Virus record (IMG/VR): IMGVR_UViG_3300042564_004221
Location: 35,790-99,789 of that record
Origin: a virus
DNA length: 64,000 nucleotides
Strand: one strand, 5' to 3'
The notes below the pieces were generated by a model, which saw only the letters and a program-made list of their open reading frames with translations, was not told the origin of the DNA and ran no database searches. Shown piece by piece: positions 1-10,550 of the stretch. The translations under genes and the position numbers were made by a program. Within the stretch, counting starts at the first letter, position 1, and each line of letters opens with the position of its first letter.

Positions 1-316
1 GTGTTCGTGTATTTGTAGGTGTAATACTTGGAGTAACCGTATTAGTTGGAGTAATAGTTGGTGTTGGTGTTGGTGTTTTAGTTGGAGTTGGTGTAACACA
101 AGCCAAGTTTATCGTAACACCACTTAACATTTGTGTTTTTGTTTGAGCCGAATAATAGATTGTTTCATCCAAATAAACATTAAACGGACCAATGGCAGTT
201 GAATTAGATGTTAACTTAACAAGATATGTAGAACACCCGCTTACGGTTACTTGCTGTTCTATCGCAGCATCACACCCCTCATAAATATTTGTAACGGTTA
301 TTACGTATGTTAACAT
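1..316 (-). CDS. Partial virion-associated protein with Thr/Pro mucin-like tract (runs off window start)
   Basis: Not in ORF track. ATG at 316 reads MLTYVITVTNIYEGCDAAIEQQ...LACVTPTPTKTPTPTPTITPTNTVTPSITPTNTRT, open to the window edge; TATTTAT motif upstream (333-339). Confidence 0.75.
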   Translation of the reverse strand, partial: MLTYVITVTNIYEGCDAAIEQQVTVSGCSTYLVKLTSNSTAIGPFNVYLDETIYYSAQTKTQMLSGVTINLACVTPTPTKTPTPTPTITPTNTVTPSITPTNTRT

Positions 317-380
317 CTAAAGTATTTTTCTAATAAATACCTTAACACATTGATTTTACCATAAAAATGGGGTTATTTAA

Positions 381-653
381 TTAAACCTCCTCAACTATGA
401 TTTGAAATGCACAACCATAGGTACATTCTAATATTTTAGTTGTTTCACAACCCTCAGAAGATACGACCTTTATCATTATTTCAGGTGCGGTGTCAAATAT
501 CTCAGGAATTGTTGAATTAAATGATTGTGAGGGGGGCACGGGACCAGGATTTATCGTACCAACTAATGTTTCATAATTACCAAAAATATTTGACACATAA
601 ACACTCATTGGATAGGTACATCCCGATATTGCTTCTATTCTTACTTGTATCAT
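381..653 (-). CDS. Small Cys-containing hypothetical structural protein
   Basis: 90-aa ORF packed between co-oriented structural genes. Confidence 0.65.
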   Translation of the reverse strand: MIQVRIEAISGCTYPMSVYVSNIFGNYETLVGTINPGPVPPSQSFNSTIPEIFDTAPEIMIKVVSSEGCETTKILECTYGCAFQIIVEEV

Positions 654-663
654 TATAAAAATA

Positions 664-3006
664 TTATGAAGGAGTCATAGTTGGAGTTGGAGTTTTAGTT
701 GGAGTTACGGTAGGAGTTGCAGTTTTGGTTGGTGTAATGCTTGGTGTCACGGTATTTGTAGGTGTAATACTTGGAGTAACTGTATTAGTAGGAGTAACAG
801 TTGGAGTAACTGTATTAGTAGGAGTTGTGGTTGGCGTAGGAGTTGTGGTTGGGGTAGGTGTTGGTAATTCACAAGATAAACACATTATATCATAAACAAT
901 CGTTAATTCAACAACAATTTCTTGCCCATTTAATGTTGTGTCTCCAGCTCTAGTACTAACTTTTATTTGATTACTTACTGAATCGAAGGACACTCCCCCA
1001 ACACCAGGAACTGTTAACAATAAATCTTTAACCGTATCATAATATAAGTTATCGCTTGGTGCCGATACTAATGATGTGGATGTAAAGAAATTTTGACTTG
1101 TAGTTAAATTCAACGGGTTAACCGAAACCTTAACGCCAAATACCGCAGAAAGTAAATCACAATTTACTTTATCAATTGTTAAATCATTAAACCCTTCATT
1201 TAACATTTGAAGTAATCCATATTTTGTTTGTGATTGAATTGTAAATTGTTCACCACCCATCACATAGGTTTGATATGACACATTAAGAGCACTACAATCT
1301 ATAATTGTACTTCTTGTTAAAATACAACCATCGTCAGCAACAACAGTTAAACTGTATGTCCCTGCGGTCAATCCTGTAACTTGAATTTGTTGTGGATTAT
1401 TAGGAACATTGTCTGACCAATAAAATTCAAATGGTGGTGTTCCTGTTGAAATTAATGCGGTTAACAACCCATCGGAACCTTCTCCACAAGAAGTATTATA
1501 TAATGAAAAATCTAATGGTTCACTTGTGTCAACATAAACTTGTGTCGTTTGAGTACATCCTGTGGCATCGGTAACTGTTATAGTGTGTTGTCCCCAAGAT
1601 ACATTTGTAAATGTAACTGCAGATAATGAAGTGTCAAAAATATCTTGAGTGGCATCTAATGAATAATAGTAAGGAGGTTGTCCACCATCACTTTTTGTAA
1701 CTATAATTGTACCATTAGCTTGATTACAAGTTGTTCCTGTAACCTCAGTTGAAATTGTGTATGTATCTGTCGCAAATAAACTGATTTCTTCTATAAACGA
1801 ACATCCTGAGGCATCTTGAATCGCAACGCTATAAGTTCCTGTTGATAAATTATTAAATAATTGAGACGATTGTGAAGTTGCTATGTTAGAAGTATTTCCA
1901 TTAGGATATATTAAGGTGTATAAATATGGTGAAGTTCCTCCCGCTAAAGACACTAAAATAGAACCGTCGCTACTTGAGCATGTTGAACCCTGACTTGAGA
2001 TTACTACTGACGCAACACCTAACGGAGTTAATAAAGTTACACTAGCATTTAAAGTACAAAAAGCACAATCCGTAACTAAAAAGTTATAATTACCTGAAGA
2101 TAATCCACTAATTGTCCAAGATGTCGATTCTTGTATCGTAAAATTTCCTGTAGAGGCAGAATAATAATAAGGTGCCGTTCCACCTGTAATTTGTATTGTT
2201 ATTGAACCGTCCGCGGCAAAACAAGATGGTTGAACCACAGTAAAGACTCCAAGTCCAATTGGGGAAACATCTGTTACTGTCGCACCTTGACTAGCAACAC
2301 AACCAAAATTATCAGTAACTTGAACTGAATAATTTCCAGCGGTTAACCCTGTAATAAGTGGAGTTGTTTGTCCATTACTCCATAAATAAGTAAATGGCTG
2401 TGTTCCTGTAACACCTGTTATTCCAATTCTTCCCACAGGTGTACCACCACAACTTGAATTTGGTACCACTTGAATACCAAAACTAAGTGGTGTTGAATCC
2501 TCGATTATAAAATTTTGACTTTCTCCTGAACATCCTCCCAAATCTTCAGCAGTCATATAATATGTTCCCGCAGTTAAACTACCAAAAATAACATTTGATG
2601 TGTTTGTAACTGCTGATGTGATATAACTTCCATTACCCGAATATAAATAAAAGTTTGTTGAGGAATAATCTGAAGTAGATGTTCCTGTCACTATACCGTT
2701 ATCTAAACCGCAAGTGGTACTTTGAACATTTAAAATACTAACACAAATACCTGAAGATATTGGTATGTTAACATAGAATTGTTGGTTTGTTGGTAAGGTA
2801 CTATCATTAACTAAAACACCATACGTCCCCGCACTTAAAGATGTTCTAACAGATGGTAATATTGTTACAACATCTGAACCTAAATTTGGTACTTGCCAAT
2901 CAATAGTATATGGTGGAGTTCCTCCATACGCTAATATGGATGCACTCCCCGCCGATAGTGATAAACAATCACCTGTTATTGATATGGTATAATTAAATGC
3001 TGACAT
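664..3006 (-). CDS. SprB-repeat adhesin-like virion protein with C-terminal Thr/Pro tract
   Basis: Repeated C-x-x-x-D/NG ... GGTxPYxY ... LxAGxYxVxVxDxxGC units typical of SprB repeats; last ~65 aa are TPTPT repeats. Confidence 0.8.
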   Translation of the reverse strand: MSAFNYTISITGDCLSLSAGSASILAYGGTPPYTIDWQVPNLGSDVVTILPSVRTSLSAGTYGVLVNDSTLPTNQQFYVNIPISSGICVSILNVQSTTCGLDNGIVTGTSTSDYSSTNFYLYSGNGSYITSAVTNTSNVIFGSLTAGTYYMTAEDLGGCSGESQNFIIEDSTPLSFGIQVVPNSSCGGTPVGRIGITGVTGTQPFTYLWSNGQTTPLITGLTAGNYSVQVTDNFGCVASQGATVTDVSPIGLGVFTVVQPSCFAADGSITIQITGGTAPYYYSASTGNFTIQESTSWTISGLSSGNYNFLVTDCAFCTLNASVTLLTPLGVASVVISSQGSTCSSSDGSILVSLAGGTSPYLYTLIYPNGNTSNIATSQSSQLFNNLSTGTYSVAIQDASGCSFIEEISLFATDTYTISTEVTGTTCNQANGTIIVTKSDGGQPPYYYSLDATQDIFDTSLSAVTFTNVSWGQHTITVTDATGCTQTTQVYVDTSEPLDFSLYNTSCGEGSDGLLTALISTGTPPFEFYWSDNVPNNPQQIQVTGLTAGTYSLTVVADDGCILTRSTIIDCSALNVSYQTYVMGGEQFTIQSQTKYGLLQMLNEGFNDLTIDKVNCDLLSAVFGVKVSVNPLNLTTSQNFFTSTSLVSAPSDNLYYDTVKDLLLTVPGVGGVSFDSVSNQIKVSTRAGDTTLNGQEIVVELTIVYDIMCLSCELPTPTPTTTPTPTTTPTNTVTPTVTPTNTVTPSITPTNTVTPSITPTKTATPTVTPTKTPTPTMTPS
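667..865 (-). repeat. Coding tandem repeat for Thr/Pro-rich tract (TPTNTV/TPSI/TPTKT units)
   Basis: Degenerate 12- and 24-nt periodic repeats such as GGAGTAACTGTATTAGTA. Confidence 0.85.
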
Positions 3007-5990
3007 TATTCGGTACAGTTGATACTAATATTTATTCCTACGTTTAACAAAACAGTATCCGCAACATTTTGAGTTAAACAAGCCAAGTTAGATATAGTTA
3101 ATGTATTACCATTTTGGAAATATGTATACCCATAATTATATAATTGTGGTAAATAATTTTCTAAAGCATCATTCCATTGATTACTAGTTGGAACATCACT
3201 CATACCATAACCAGTATAAAATAACTGATTAATAATTTCTTCACCACCAATAGTCAAATTTACATACCAATCAGTTCCTACTGAATTTTGACTACATTGA
3301 CTTAGAGTTAAACCACTTTGAGCTAACATATTGTTAATTCTATTAACAAGAATACTACTAAAATTTGATACGGTTATATCACCATTAAACCAAGGATATA
3401 TGTTAAAAACTGCGGACTCACTGTTACAGGTATAATCAAATATATTTGATATAATATAACACGATTCAACGGGAACAGGTACAAATTGACATCCTCTTTG
3501 TCTTCTATAAACAAATTTTTGTTTGTGGAAGATTGAGTTTTCTAATCTGACACCACCATTCCAAATTGTCGTTGCAGGAATCATTTGTTCCACCAACTTG
3601 GTCCAATATGGTCCAATACCATTAACATAATCTATTAATTTTTGATAGGTGTATTTGTTGTTCGGTAATCCTACAGTTTGTTCTGATTCGATATACTTCC
3701 AAAAGATTGATTGTAATGTTGGATATCCTCCAGTTTTACCATCACTAATGTATTGTCTATTTCTTGTATTAATCATGTTTTCCCAAAACGTTTGAGAAAA
3801 TTCAAAGAAAGTTTTTTTCTTTGGTTCAGGATTAATGTATGTCCAATCAACTCCACCAGGAACAGGATAACCGACAGTTAAACCTGATTCAGGAATTGGG
3901 TAATCGTATTGTCTTGATTGTTCCCAAACGTCATAAACAAGTCCTTGGGCGGGATTTAAAAATAAATCAATATTCTTAACGTTTAAAACTAGTTTTTCAT
4001 TATCAACAAAATAATAAGCATTGTAATCTCCTTGAGTTGAAACTCTAAGTTTGTCATCAGTTGATAACCAAGATTTATTATTATCAACTACTTTTTGTAG
4101 TTTAAATCCTTCATTCATATACGGAAAATCTCTATATCTGTTAAGATAAGTTTGACCATATGTAAAAGGAGTTAATTGAGTTTGGATATCATAATTTTGT
4201 CCTGTATAAACATTACCTGTTAATTGTACCTCATCAGGACTTCTATGTTGTGGTGTTGTTTCATACCAACCCGCACCTATTTGGAAGAAGTATGTTTCAG
4301 TATTTACAGGTGCCTTAGGGTAACCTTCAGCGTCCATCGGATAATCTTCTAATCTAATACTAACATCTTGATAAGTCGCGGTTGATGTAAACGCGCTATA
4401 TATTCGTCCCTTAATTTTATATGTATCACCAGGTAAATAACTTGGAACTCTATCCTCATAAGTACCTCCTGATATTTGAGCCCATTGGGTATAGAATTGG
4501 TCAAGGTTAATTTTTTGGTCTGCCAAGTAAATGTGTTCATTATATTCAATTAATGAATCAGGTGCCCCGATTAATCTTAATAAGAACTCAATGGACCTTC
4601 TTGTTCCTTTTGATTTAAAAAGATAAGAAGCATTAAGAATTAAGTTTCTATAGTAAGCATAATTTAATTCTGTTGGTGTAAGAGCCCTTGCATATCCAGG
4701 ATATGTAGGAGTTGATGTATTACCAAAAACAGAACTTAAGAAATCTTCATTGGTTATTGGTGAAAAGTTTGACGACCATCCTAAAGTCCTTGCCAAGTTA
4801 ACCAACAATTCAGATGGTATATCATTTGAAGGGTTATAGTTAACCGAATTCATATACGCCAATCCATCAATAAATTGTTTTATTTGGTCAAAACTTCTAC
4901 CATAGATTTGGAATATTTTTTCAACTTTTTGACCCAAAGTATCAAACTCTTTCAACGAATCTGTTACTAAAAATCTTGAAATTAAATTTGTTTTAAACGA
5001 ATCTAAATTAACTGAAATTTCTTGAATTTGTTCCAAATAAGCATCAAACAAAAATGAACTAATATCTAAATTCCAAGGACCTTGTTTTGGCCAAGTAACT
5101 CGTTTATATTCGGTATATGTTTGACCATATTCATTTTGTTGTGGAACTTGAAATATTGCAGTATATTCGGGTCTAACTAATCTATTAAGTAAAAATTGCT
5201 CAATTTCGTCAAACGATTCTTGGAATATCTTATCAACAATAAAGTCATTTGGTCTGATTTGATAATCGTCATTAATTGTTGTTGCAGTTGTACCAAATGG
5301 TGCTCCTGAAACATAAAATTGAACATAACCTGAAGATAAAGTATTTGAAGGTGAAAAAGAAACTACCTTAAAAATATCATCATTAATACTAACACAATAA
5401 TCTAAGTATGTGTTGTATAAATTTCTATATGGTGATACGGTGATTTCTCTAATTGACAAGTTAGTTGCCGCACTAATTGAATAATCAATATCAAACGGAT
5501 TATTTATCCTATCAACATTTACTTTAAAGTAAGTTTCGTCATTTTGAGCGTCGTATACTATGTCGTATGCGGTATTACCTGTTACATAATCATCATTATT
5601 AAACACAACATCTAAGGATGCTGGAAAATAATTAACAATTTTAGTGATGGACACGCTAAATCTTTTAGAAAGAGAGCCATACATTGAAAAGTTAAGGACC
5701 TGAGAAATATCATAGTTAGGGTAAACCCTAAATTGGGTGGCAAGAATTCTTCTACTCTCAATCAAATCATCAATACCCATCATTTCTAATGACATTGGTT
5801 CAGAGAACGCACCAACATTAAAAGTTCTGTTTACCTTTTCTGTTACACCAGTTGTAAATTCAAAATTACCTTGCGTAAGTCCTCCACCCTCAACAGTTTG
5901 TAATCCTACAATATTGTCAGAGAAGGTACCCGCACCATTACCTGGTCTTGGAGGGTAAAAGTATTTAGTATTTTTGGTTTCTACCGCCAT
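3006..5990 (-). CDS. Large baseplate/tail structural protein (wedge/P2 gpI-like segment)
   Basis: 994 aa; LVNLARTLGW ... YLFKSKGTRRSIEFLLRLIG resembles the KGT motif of tail protein I/gp7-like wedge subunits; structural context. Confidence 0.6.
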   Translation of the reverse strand: MAVETKNTKYFYPPRPGNGAGTFSDNIVGLQTVEGGGLTQGNFEFTTGVTEKVNRTFNVGAFSEPMSLEMMGIDDLIESRRILATQFRVYPNYDISQVLNFSMYGSLSKRFSVSITKIVNYFPASLDVVFNNDDYVTGNTAYDIVYDAQNDETYFKVNVDRINNPFDIDYSISAATNLSIREITVSPYRNLYNTYLDYCVSINDDIFKVVSFSPSNTLSSGYVQFYVSGAPFGTTATTINDDYQIRPNDFIVDKIFQESFDEIEQFLLNRLVRPEYTAIFQVPQQNEYGQTYTEYKRVTWPKQGPWNLDISSFLFDAYLEQIQEISVNLDSFKTNLISRFLVTDSLKEFDTLGQKVEKIFQIYGRSFDQIKQFIDGLAYMNSVNYNPSNDIPSELLVNLARTLGWSSNFSPITNEDFLSSVFGNTSTPTYPGYARALTPTELNYAYYRNLILNASYLFKSKGTRRSIEFLLRLIGAPDSLIEYNEHIYLADQKINLDQFYTQWAQISGGTYEDRVPSYLPGDTYKIKGRIYSAFTSTATYQDVSIRLEDYPMDAEGYPKAPVNTETYFFQIGAGWYETTPQHRSPDEVQLTGNVYTGQNYDIQTQLTPFTYGQTYLNRYRDFPYMNEGFKLQKVVDNNKSWLSTDDKLRVSTQGDYNAYYFVDNEKLVLNVKNIDLFLNPAQGLVYDVWEQSRQYDYPIPESGLTVGYPVPGGVDWTYINPEPKKKTFFEFSQTFWENMINTRNRQYISDGKTGGYPTLQSIFWKYIESEQTVGLPNNKYTYQKLIDYVNGIGPYWTKLVEQMIPATTIWNGGVRLENSIFHKQKFVYRRQRGCQFVPVPVESCYIISNIFDYTCNSESAVFNIYPWFNGDITVSNFSSILVNRINNMLAQSGLTLSQCSQNSVGTDWYVNLTIGGEEIINQLFYTGYGMSDVPTSNQWNDALENYLPQLYNYGYTYFQNGNTLTISNLACLTQNVADTVLLNVGINISINCTE

Positions 5991-6898
5991 TAGGTTGTTA
6001 TTGTTGTAAAGTTTTTACTAAAATCAATGTTATTTCCTCTACTTTGTCTAACCTCATATAATAGAGCATTAAATTGGTCTCTGATTTCATATAGGTTGTA
6101 TTGTCTATAGATGTTATTTTGAGTATCGTAAATTGTATAGATACCGTCATCAATAGATTTTGTTTGATTACCATAAAGAGCAATTGCAAGAGATGATACA
6201 TCATATTCAACCATTTCTATTTCTAAAGTAACAGGATTAAAAAACGTATTACTGATTATAATATTTTGATTTGGTTGACCAATAAATGGAGTCGCATTTG
6301 GCTTATTTGTTGGTGAAGACGAAGGTGATAAAGTTAAGAATATTAAATTTGAATTACCGTCAACATATCTATATCTTATTGATTTTTGAGTTGTGTTTAC
6401 TTCATTACTTACAACAGGTTCACAAAAGAAAGACGATGTAACTACCCTAAAAAAGTTAGGTATTTTTGACCCATCAGGATTTAAATACTCAATTCTAAAA
6501 CCAACTAATCCTTGAGGGACAAATTTATTTTGAAATTGTACTGGTACATTAGTTATATCAATTATAATACCTTTAACATTTGGTAATGCACTTAACACAC
6601 CGCAATCAGTAATTTTGGTTCTGATTTGAGCGGGTCTCAAATATAAAGTATAGATACCAAGAGCGTTGAACTGTTGTGCAGGTAGTGTTAAATTATATAA
6701 TCCACCAATAATCTCAACGTTCGCATTTCCACCTGTCTCAGTGTTATTGAAATAAGGTTTTAATATTGTTTGTGCGTCAAGTTCTGTTAGAATAAAGTTA
6801 TCCGTAACATCTCTTGATGCTGTGTAGTTCATTATTATCTGAACATCTTCAGGACTAACGTCCGAAGGTCTTATTGTTCCATATGAGCCGATTGCCAT
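5990..6898 (-). CDS. Hypothetical structural protein
   Basis: 302-aa ORF whose stop overlaps the next start; TATTTAT upstream. Confidence 0.6.
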   Translation of the reverse strand: MAIGSYGTIRPSDVSPEDVQIIMNYTASRDVTDNFILTELDAQTILKPYFNNTETGGNANVEIIGGLYNLTLPAQQFNALGIYTLYLRPAQIRTKITDCGVLSALPNVKGIIIDITNVPVQFQNKFVPQGLVGFRIEYLNPDGSKIPNFFRVVTSSFFCEPVVSNEVNTTQKSIRYRYVDGNSNLIFLTLSPSSSPTNKPNATPFIGQPNQNIIISNTFFNPVTLEIEMVEYDVSSLAIALYGNQTKSIDDGIYTIYDTQNNIYRQYNLYEIRDQFNALLYEVRQSRGNNIDFSKNFTTITT

Positions 6899-6920
6899 TT
6901 GTTTTTATTTTATAAATAGT

Positions 6921-8030
6921 TTAGTTCTTTTTTTCAACGTTAAAAAATCCATATCCGTAATTAATCATATCACCAAGATTATCAACTTCACCCAATCTTT
7001 GTATTCTTTCGTAGGCTGAGTTTTTACCTCTCTCAACATAAATGTTCGTTTGTACTTGTGCCTGGTCAATAACTTTAAGTAATGCTTCATCTTTTGTGAT
7101 TGGCGTTTGAGTTAAATTATTTTGAGTAAATCCTGAAGATTGTTCAAAAAATAAAGTTATTCCTGTTATATAATCATAATAATTTACGTCATTAATTGTA
7201 TATGCCGTGAAAATTGGATTCATGTCAGTAATCGCTCCCCATATTCTTCCGTTTTTAATTACAGGTACTCCTACCACATATTTTACAGAACCATACAACG
7301 CCAAATCAGTGACACTTGATTTTGTTATTCCTGATATAGTATAAGGTACCGTAACATAATTAAAAGATGTTTGAGCGGAAACTTCATTAACCGCATCACC
7401 TGAGAATATATAGTCGTAACTTACGGGTGTTTTAACCCAATTACCTCCCGAAGGAATAAAAAATGCTTCGCCATTAGGGTTGTTTATAACAACATTCGAA
7501 TAAGGTGTTGTAATCGTCTTTGTAACTCTTGTAACACCCCAAGGATTTGTTTGCTCTAACGAAATATTATAAGTTCTGTTTGCAACAGGATATGTATGAC
7601 TTAATGAATTTGGTACGTAAGTAGTAATTGTTTGTTTTGGAGAACCATCACCCCAATCCACTTTATATGCTGACAAATCAAGGAATTTTTGAAATTCACT
7701 CGATGTGTTATAAATGTTATAAGTATATGGGTTTGATGTGGTCGATGAAAATATGAAATTAGCAACAACATCCTTCTGTAATACTGCACCATCAAATGGA
7801 CTATAGTATCCAACATCAATTGCGGTTTGTCTGATTAATATTGGAATGGTTAAACCTGTTAACAATGAGGTTCCGTTAGGACCTGATGTCACTACCTCAG
7901 TCATCGCAGAGTAAACCCCTACCGTTTGTCCTGAATAAGTCGAACTAACATCTTGTCCTTGTAAATTAACCGTAAAGATATCCCCTTTAATTGTTTGGGG
8001 TGATATTATAATATTATAAAAATCTTCCAT
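6921..8030 (-). CDS. Structural protein with PKD-like Ig module
   Basis: VDWGDGS...SHTY is a PKD signature; 369 aa. Confidence 0.6.
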   Translation of the reverse strand: MEDFYNIIISPQTIKGDIFTVNLQGQDVSSTYSGQTVGVYSAMTEVVTSGPNGTSLLTGLTIPILIRQTAIDVGYYSPFDGAVLQKDVVANFIFSSTTSNPYTYNIYNTSSEFQKFLDLSAYKVDWGDGSPKQTITTYVPNSLSHTYPVANRTYNISLEQTNPWGVTRVTKTITTPYSNVVINNPNGEAFFIPSGGNWVKTPVSYDYIFSGDAVNEVSAQTSFNYVTVPYTISGITKSSVTDLALYGSVKYVVGVPVIKNGRIWGAITDMNPIFTAYTINDVNYYDYITGITLFFEQSSGFTQNNLTQTPITKDEALLKVIDQAQVQTNIYVERGKNSAYERIQRLGEVDNLGDMINYGYGFFNVEKKN

Positions 8031-8878
8031 TATTTTGGATTAACGTATTCATACCATTTTATGGGTACCGTTACCCCAGCCCTTTGATTAAGACCATTTT
8101 GACTATAAGCATTCTGATACGGGTTCATATTAAACACTTGGTAGTTGTGTTTCTCGTAATCCAACTTAACTCTATAATAGAAACATTTTGTATTATCAAA
8201 AGTGTATTTATCTCCTATTAATGACGATTGTGGTATATTCATCATTTTAACAAAATAACCTTTTTTAGCATCATAGAATTTAGCCGCCATAAAGAATGTG
8301 TCAATGTCCAAGAAATTTCTTTTCTTTAACCAATAAACAAAGAATCCTTCTTTATCCCCAACATAATCCAATACAAAATAAGGTTTTTTAATCTTAACAG
8401 GTGTTCGTTGCATTAACGCGTCCATTGTTAAACCCTGTTGTGTCGGGATTATAATTGTTATGTAGTTTTTTTGTCTTTTTTCGTCCACATTGTCGTAGAA
8501 ATCCAATTTGAAAAATGAATTAGAAAAGTTGTTTGTGTAATAATAAATCTCATCAGTTGTGAAACCTTCCATTTGATAGTTACACCCCCAACTTGTTGAT
8601 GCACTTAAAGAACCTCCCGAATAAAAATTAAATTCATATTGGATGTCTGTAATTTCATCATATTGATGTGTTGCAGTATTAAAGAATGTATATGGAGCAT
8701 TTGGAAATCTATCAACTTCAAAATCTCCACCAATTCCAACAACTTGTTCTATGATGTTTGCCTCATATTCTTCAATACTTTGGTCCAATCCCAAGTAATC
8801 CCAAGTTAATTGTACGGGTATTGTTATTTCTCTGTCAACAAACCCTTCTTGTCTTATTTGTATCTTATTCACATCCAT
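8030..8878 (-). CDS. Hypothetical structural protein
   Basis: 282-aa ORF translationally coupled to its neighbours. Confidence 0.55.
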   Translation of the reverse strand: MDVNKIQIRQEGFVDREITIPVQLTWDYLGLDQSIEEYEANIIEQVVGIGGDFEVDRFPNAPYTFFNTATHQYDEITDIQYEFNFYSGGSLSASTSWGCNYQMEGFTTDEIYYYTNNFSNSFFKLDFYDNVDEKRQKNYITIIIPTQQGLTMDALMQRTPVKIKKPYFVLDYVGDKEGFFVYWLKKRNFLDIDTFFMAAKFYDAKKGYFVKMMNIPQSSLIGDKYTFDNTKCFYYRVKLDYEKHNYQVFNMNPYQNAYSQNGLNQRAGVTVPIKWYEYVNPK

Positions 8879-10550
8879 CTATTAAAGGTTTTACAGGGTA
8901 ACTAACTCCAAGTAATGCAGAGTTATAGTTTATTCCTTCAGGGATTAATCTAAATTGAACTTCCTTAAATGGGTATTGAGCCCTATTAAGAAATGGATAA
9001 TCTACACCCCTGTCCAAATTATCAATAAACCCATAACTGTATATATCTCTCCATCTGAATTGTTGGTCAGAATTTGAGAAATAAGAGTAAGCAGGTACAT
9101 TATCCACAAATTGAATATCTCCTGTCTCAATGTAGTCAGAGAATACTCTAACTGTCATTGATGTGTGGGGCTCATAATAAAAACCAGGTGCGTTCGTATC
9201 TGAAGTTGAAGTTGTTTGGAAAATATCTTGATTATATTTTATCTTTTGATAATAAGGTGCCACAACTCTTTCTGTTTGGTCGTAGTCATTCCACTCACAA
9301 AAATCACCGTCAATAGTATCACCCGACATTAGATTTTGGTTATAATAAAATGTTTTGGAAGACAATGTATATGCCGATGTTTTGATATTTGTATTTGATT
9401 TTAAATTAGTACCATCCCACCAATAATTTGCAGTACTAGTTAAATTAAACTCCCAACCTTGTTTTAACCCAATACCATTGTTTGGTTTGTTGAAGTATCC
9501 TGTATAACCCTTATTGATTATGGTTAAAAACAATTCGCTAACAGGTCTTTTTTGGTTATCAATTACATCATTAAGATTTAAATCATAATTCACCGTAATG
9601 TTATAAGAATTACTACTTGTTTTTTGAGAAACTCTTGAAACTCTGTTGGGTGTAATTGAACTAAATTCAAATTGTCTTTCTTCAGGAAATACATTTTTTT
9701 CAAACGCATTTTTTGTCATAATACAATCTTCAAGATTTGTTATAATCTTATGTTCTCTGACGTAGTATTTTGACGTAGTTTCTAAAATATTATCAGGATT
9801 GGTAACTCTTTTGAAAGTACCTGTCACATTATTTGCAAAAGTTGCCCCAGAATAACCAACATTAAAAAGGTTAAAAATATAGACATCACTACCAAAATTA
9901 TCATTACCTAATGAATAAACTTGGAATAACTTAATATTGTTATAATTAATCGACAATTCGACATATTCTCCCACAGATAAACCGTGTGGTGATATACATT
10001 GGAAACTTATAACATTGTTTCCGTTTTGAACATTATTTTTAATGTAAAATGGAATTCCTTGATTTGCATACCAAGTTAAACTTGTACCATTTAATGTATA
10101 TGATAATTGTTTATCGTAATTGTTTTTATGAGGATAACTAACGTAATAAGTCCAATTGTATGTGTAAGCGCTTTTGGCTCGATAAGTAATGTGTTGGTCA
10201 CTTACATCGGGTCTATAAAAATCAAATTCATAGTATTGTGGAAACCCTTTCCATATCTTATTATCCATTGACGCTATTTGGTCTGCATAATATAACGTGT
10301 TTACAAATGGAGTATAATTAGTAGTTCCAGTATAGGTATTGGCATAAAAATAATTAACCTTAAATGTTGGTCTAAAAATGTTGTTTAACTGTCTTTCATC
10401 ATCGTAGATTTGAGCTAAACTAATACTTTGACTTCTATCATATTCGGTAATTTGTTGACTTTGTTGTTCTAAAGACAATGAAATTTCTTGGTCAACCGCT
10501 GGTGCTGACTTATACTCTAAACCACTTGGTATAATTGTATATTTATTCAC
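8865..10550 (-). CDS. Hypothetical structural protein
   Basis: 561-aa ORF overlapping neighbours in the baseplate operon. Confidence 0.55.
   Translation of the reverse strand: MNKYTIIPSGLEYKSAPAVDQEISLSLEQQSQQITEYDRSQSISLAQIYDDERQLNNIFRPTFKVNYFYANTYTGTTNYTPFVNTLYYADQIASMDNKIWKGFPQYYEFDFYRPDVSDQHITYRAKSAYTYNWTYYVSYPHKNNYDKQLSYTLNGTSLTWYANQGIPFYIKNNVQNGNNVISFQCISPHGLSVGEYVELSINYNNIKLFQVYSLGNDNFGSDVYIFNLFNVGYSGATFANNVTGTFKRVTNPDNILETTSKYYVREHKIITNLEDCIMTKNAFEKNVFPEERQFEFSSITPNRVSRVSQKTSSNSYNITVNYDLNLNDVIDNQKRPVSELFLTIINKGYTGYFNKPNNGIGLKQGWEFNLTSTANYWWDGTNLKSNTNIKTSAYTLSSKTFYYNQNLMSGDTIDGDFCEWNDYDQTERVVAPYYQKIKYNQDIFQTTSTSDTNAPGFYYEPHTSMTVRVFSDYIETGDIQFVDNVPAYSYFSNSDQQFRWRDIYSYGFIDNLDRGVDYPFLNRAQYPFKEVQFRLIPEGINYNSALLGVSYPVKPLIDGCE

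Noticed and set aside
1-865. Short periodic repeats resembling a CRISPR array or satellite
   Set aside because: They are in-frame codon repeats for Thr/Pro tracts, with no constant repeat and unique spacers and no cas genes.
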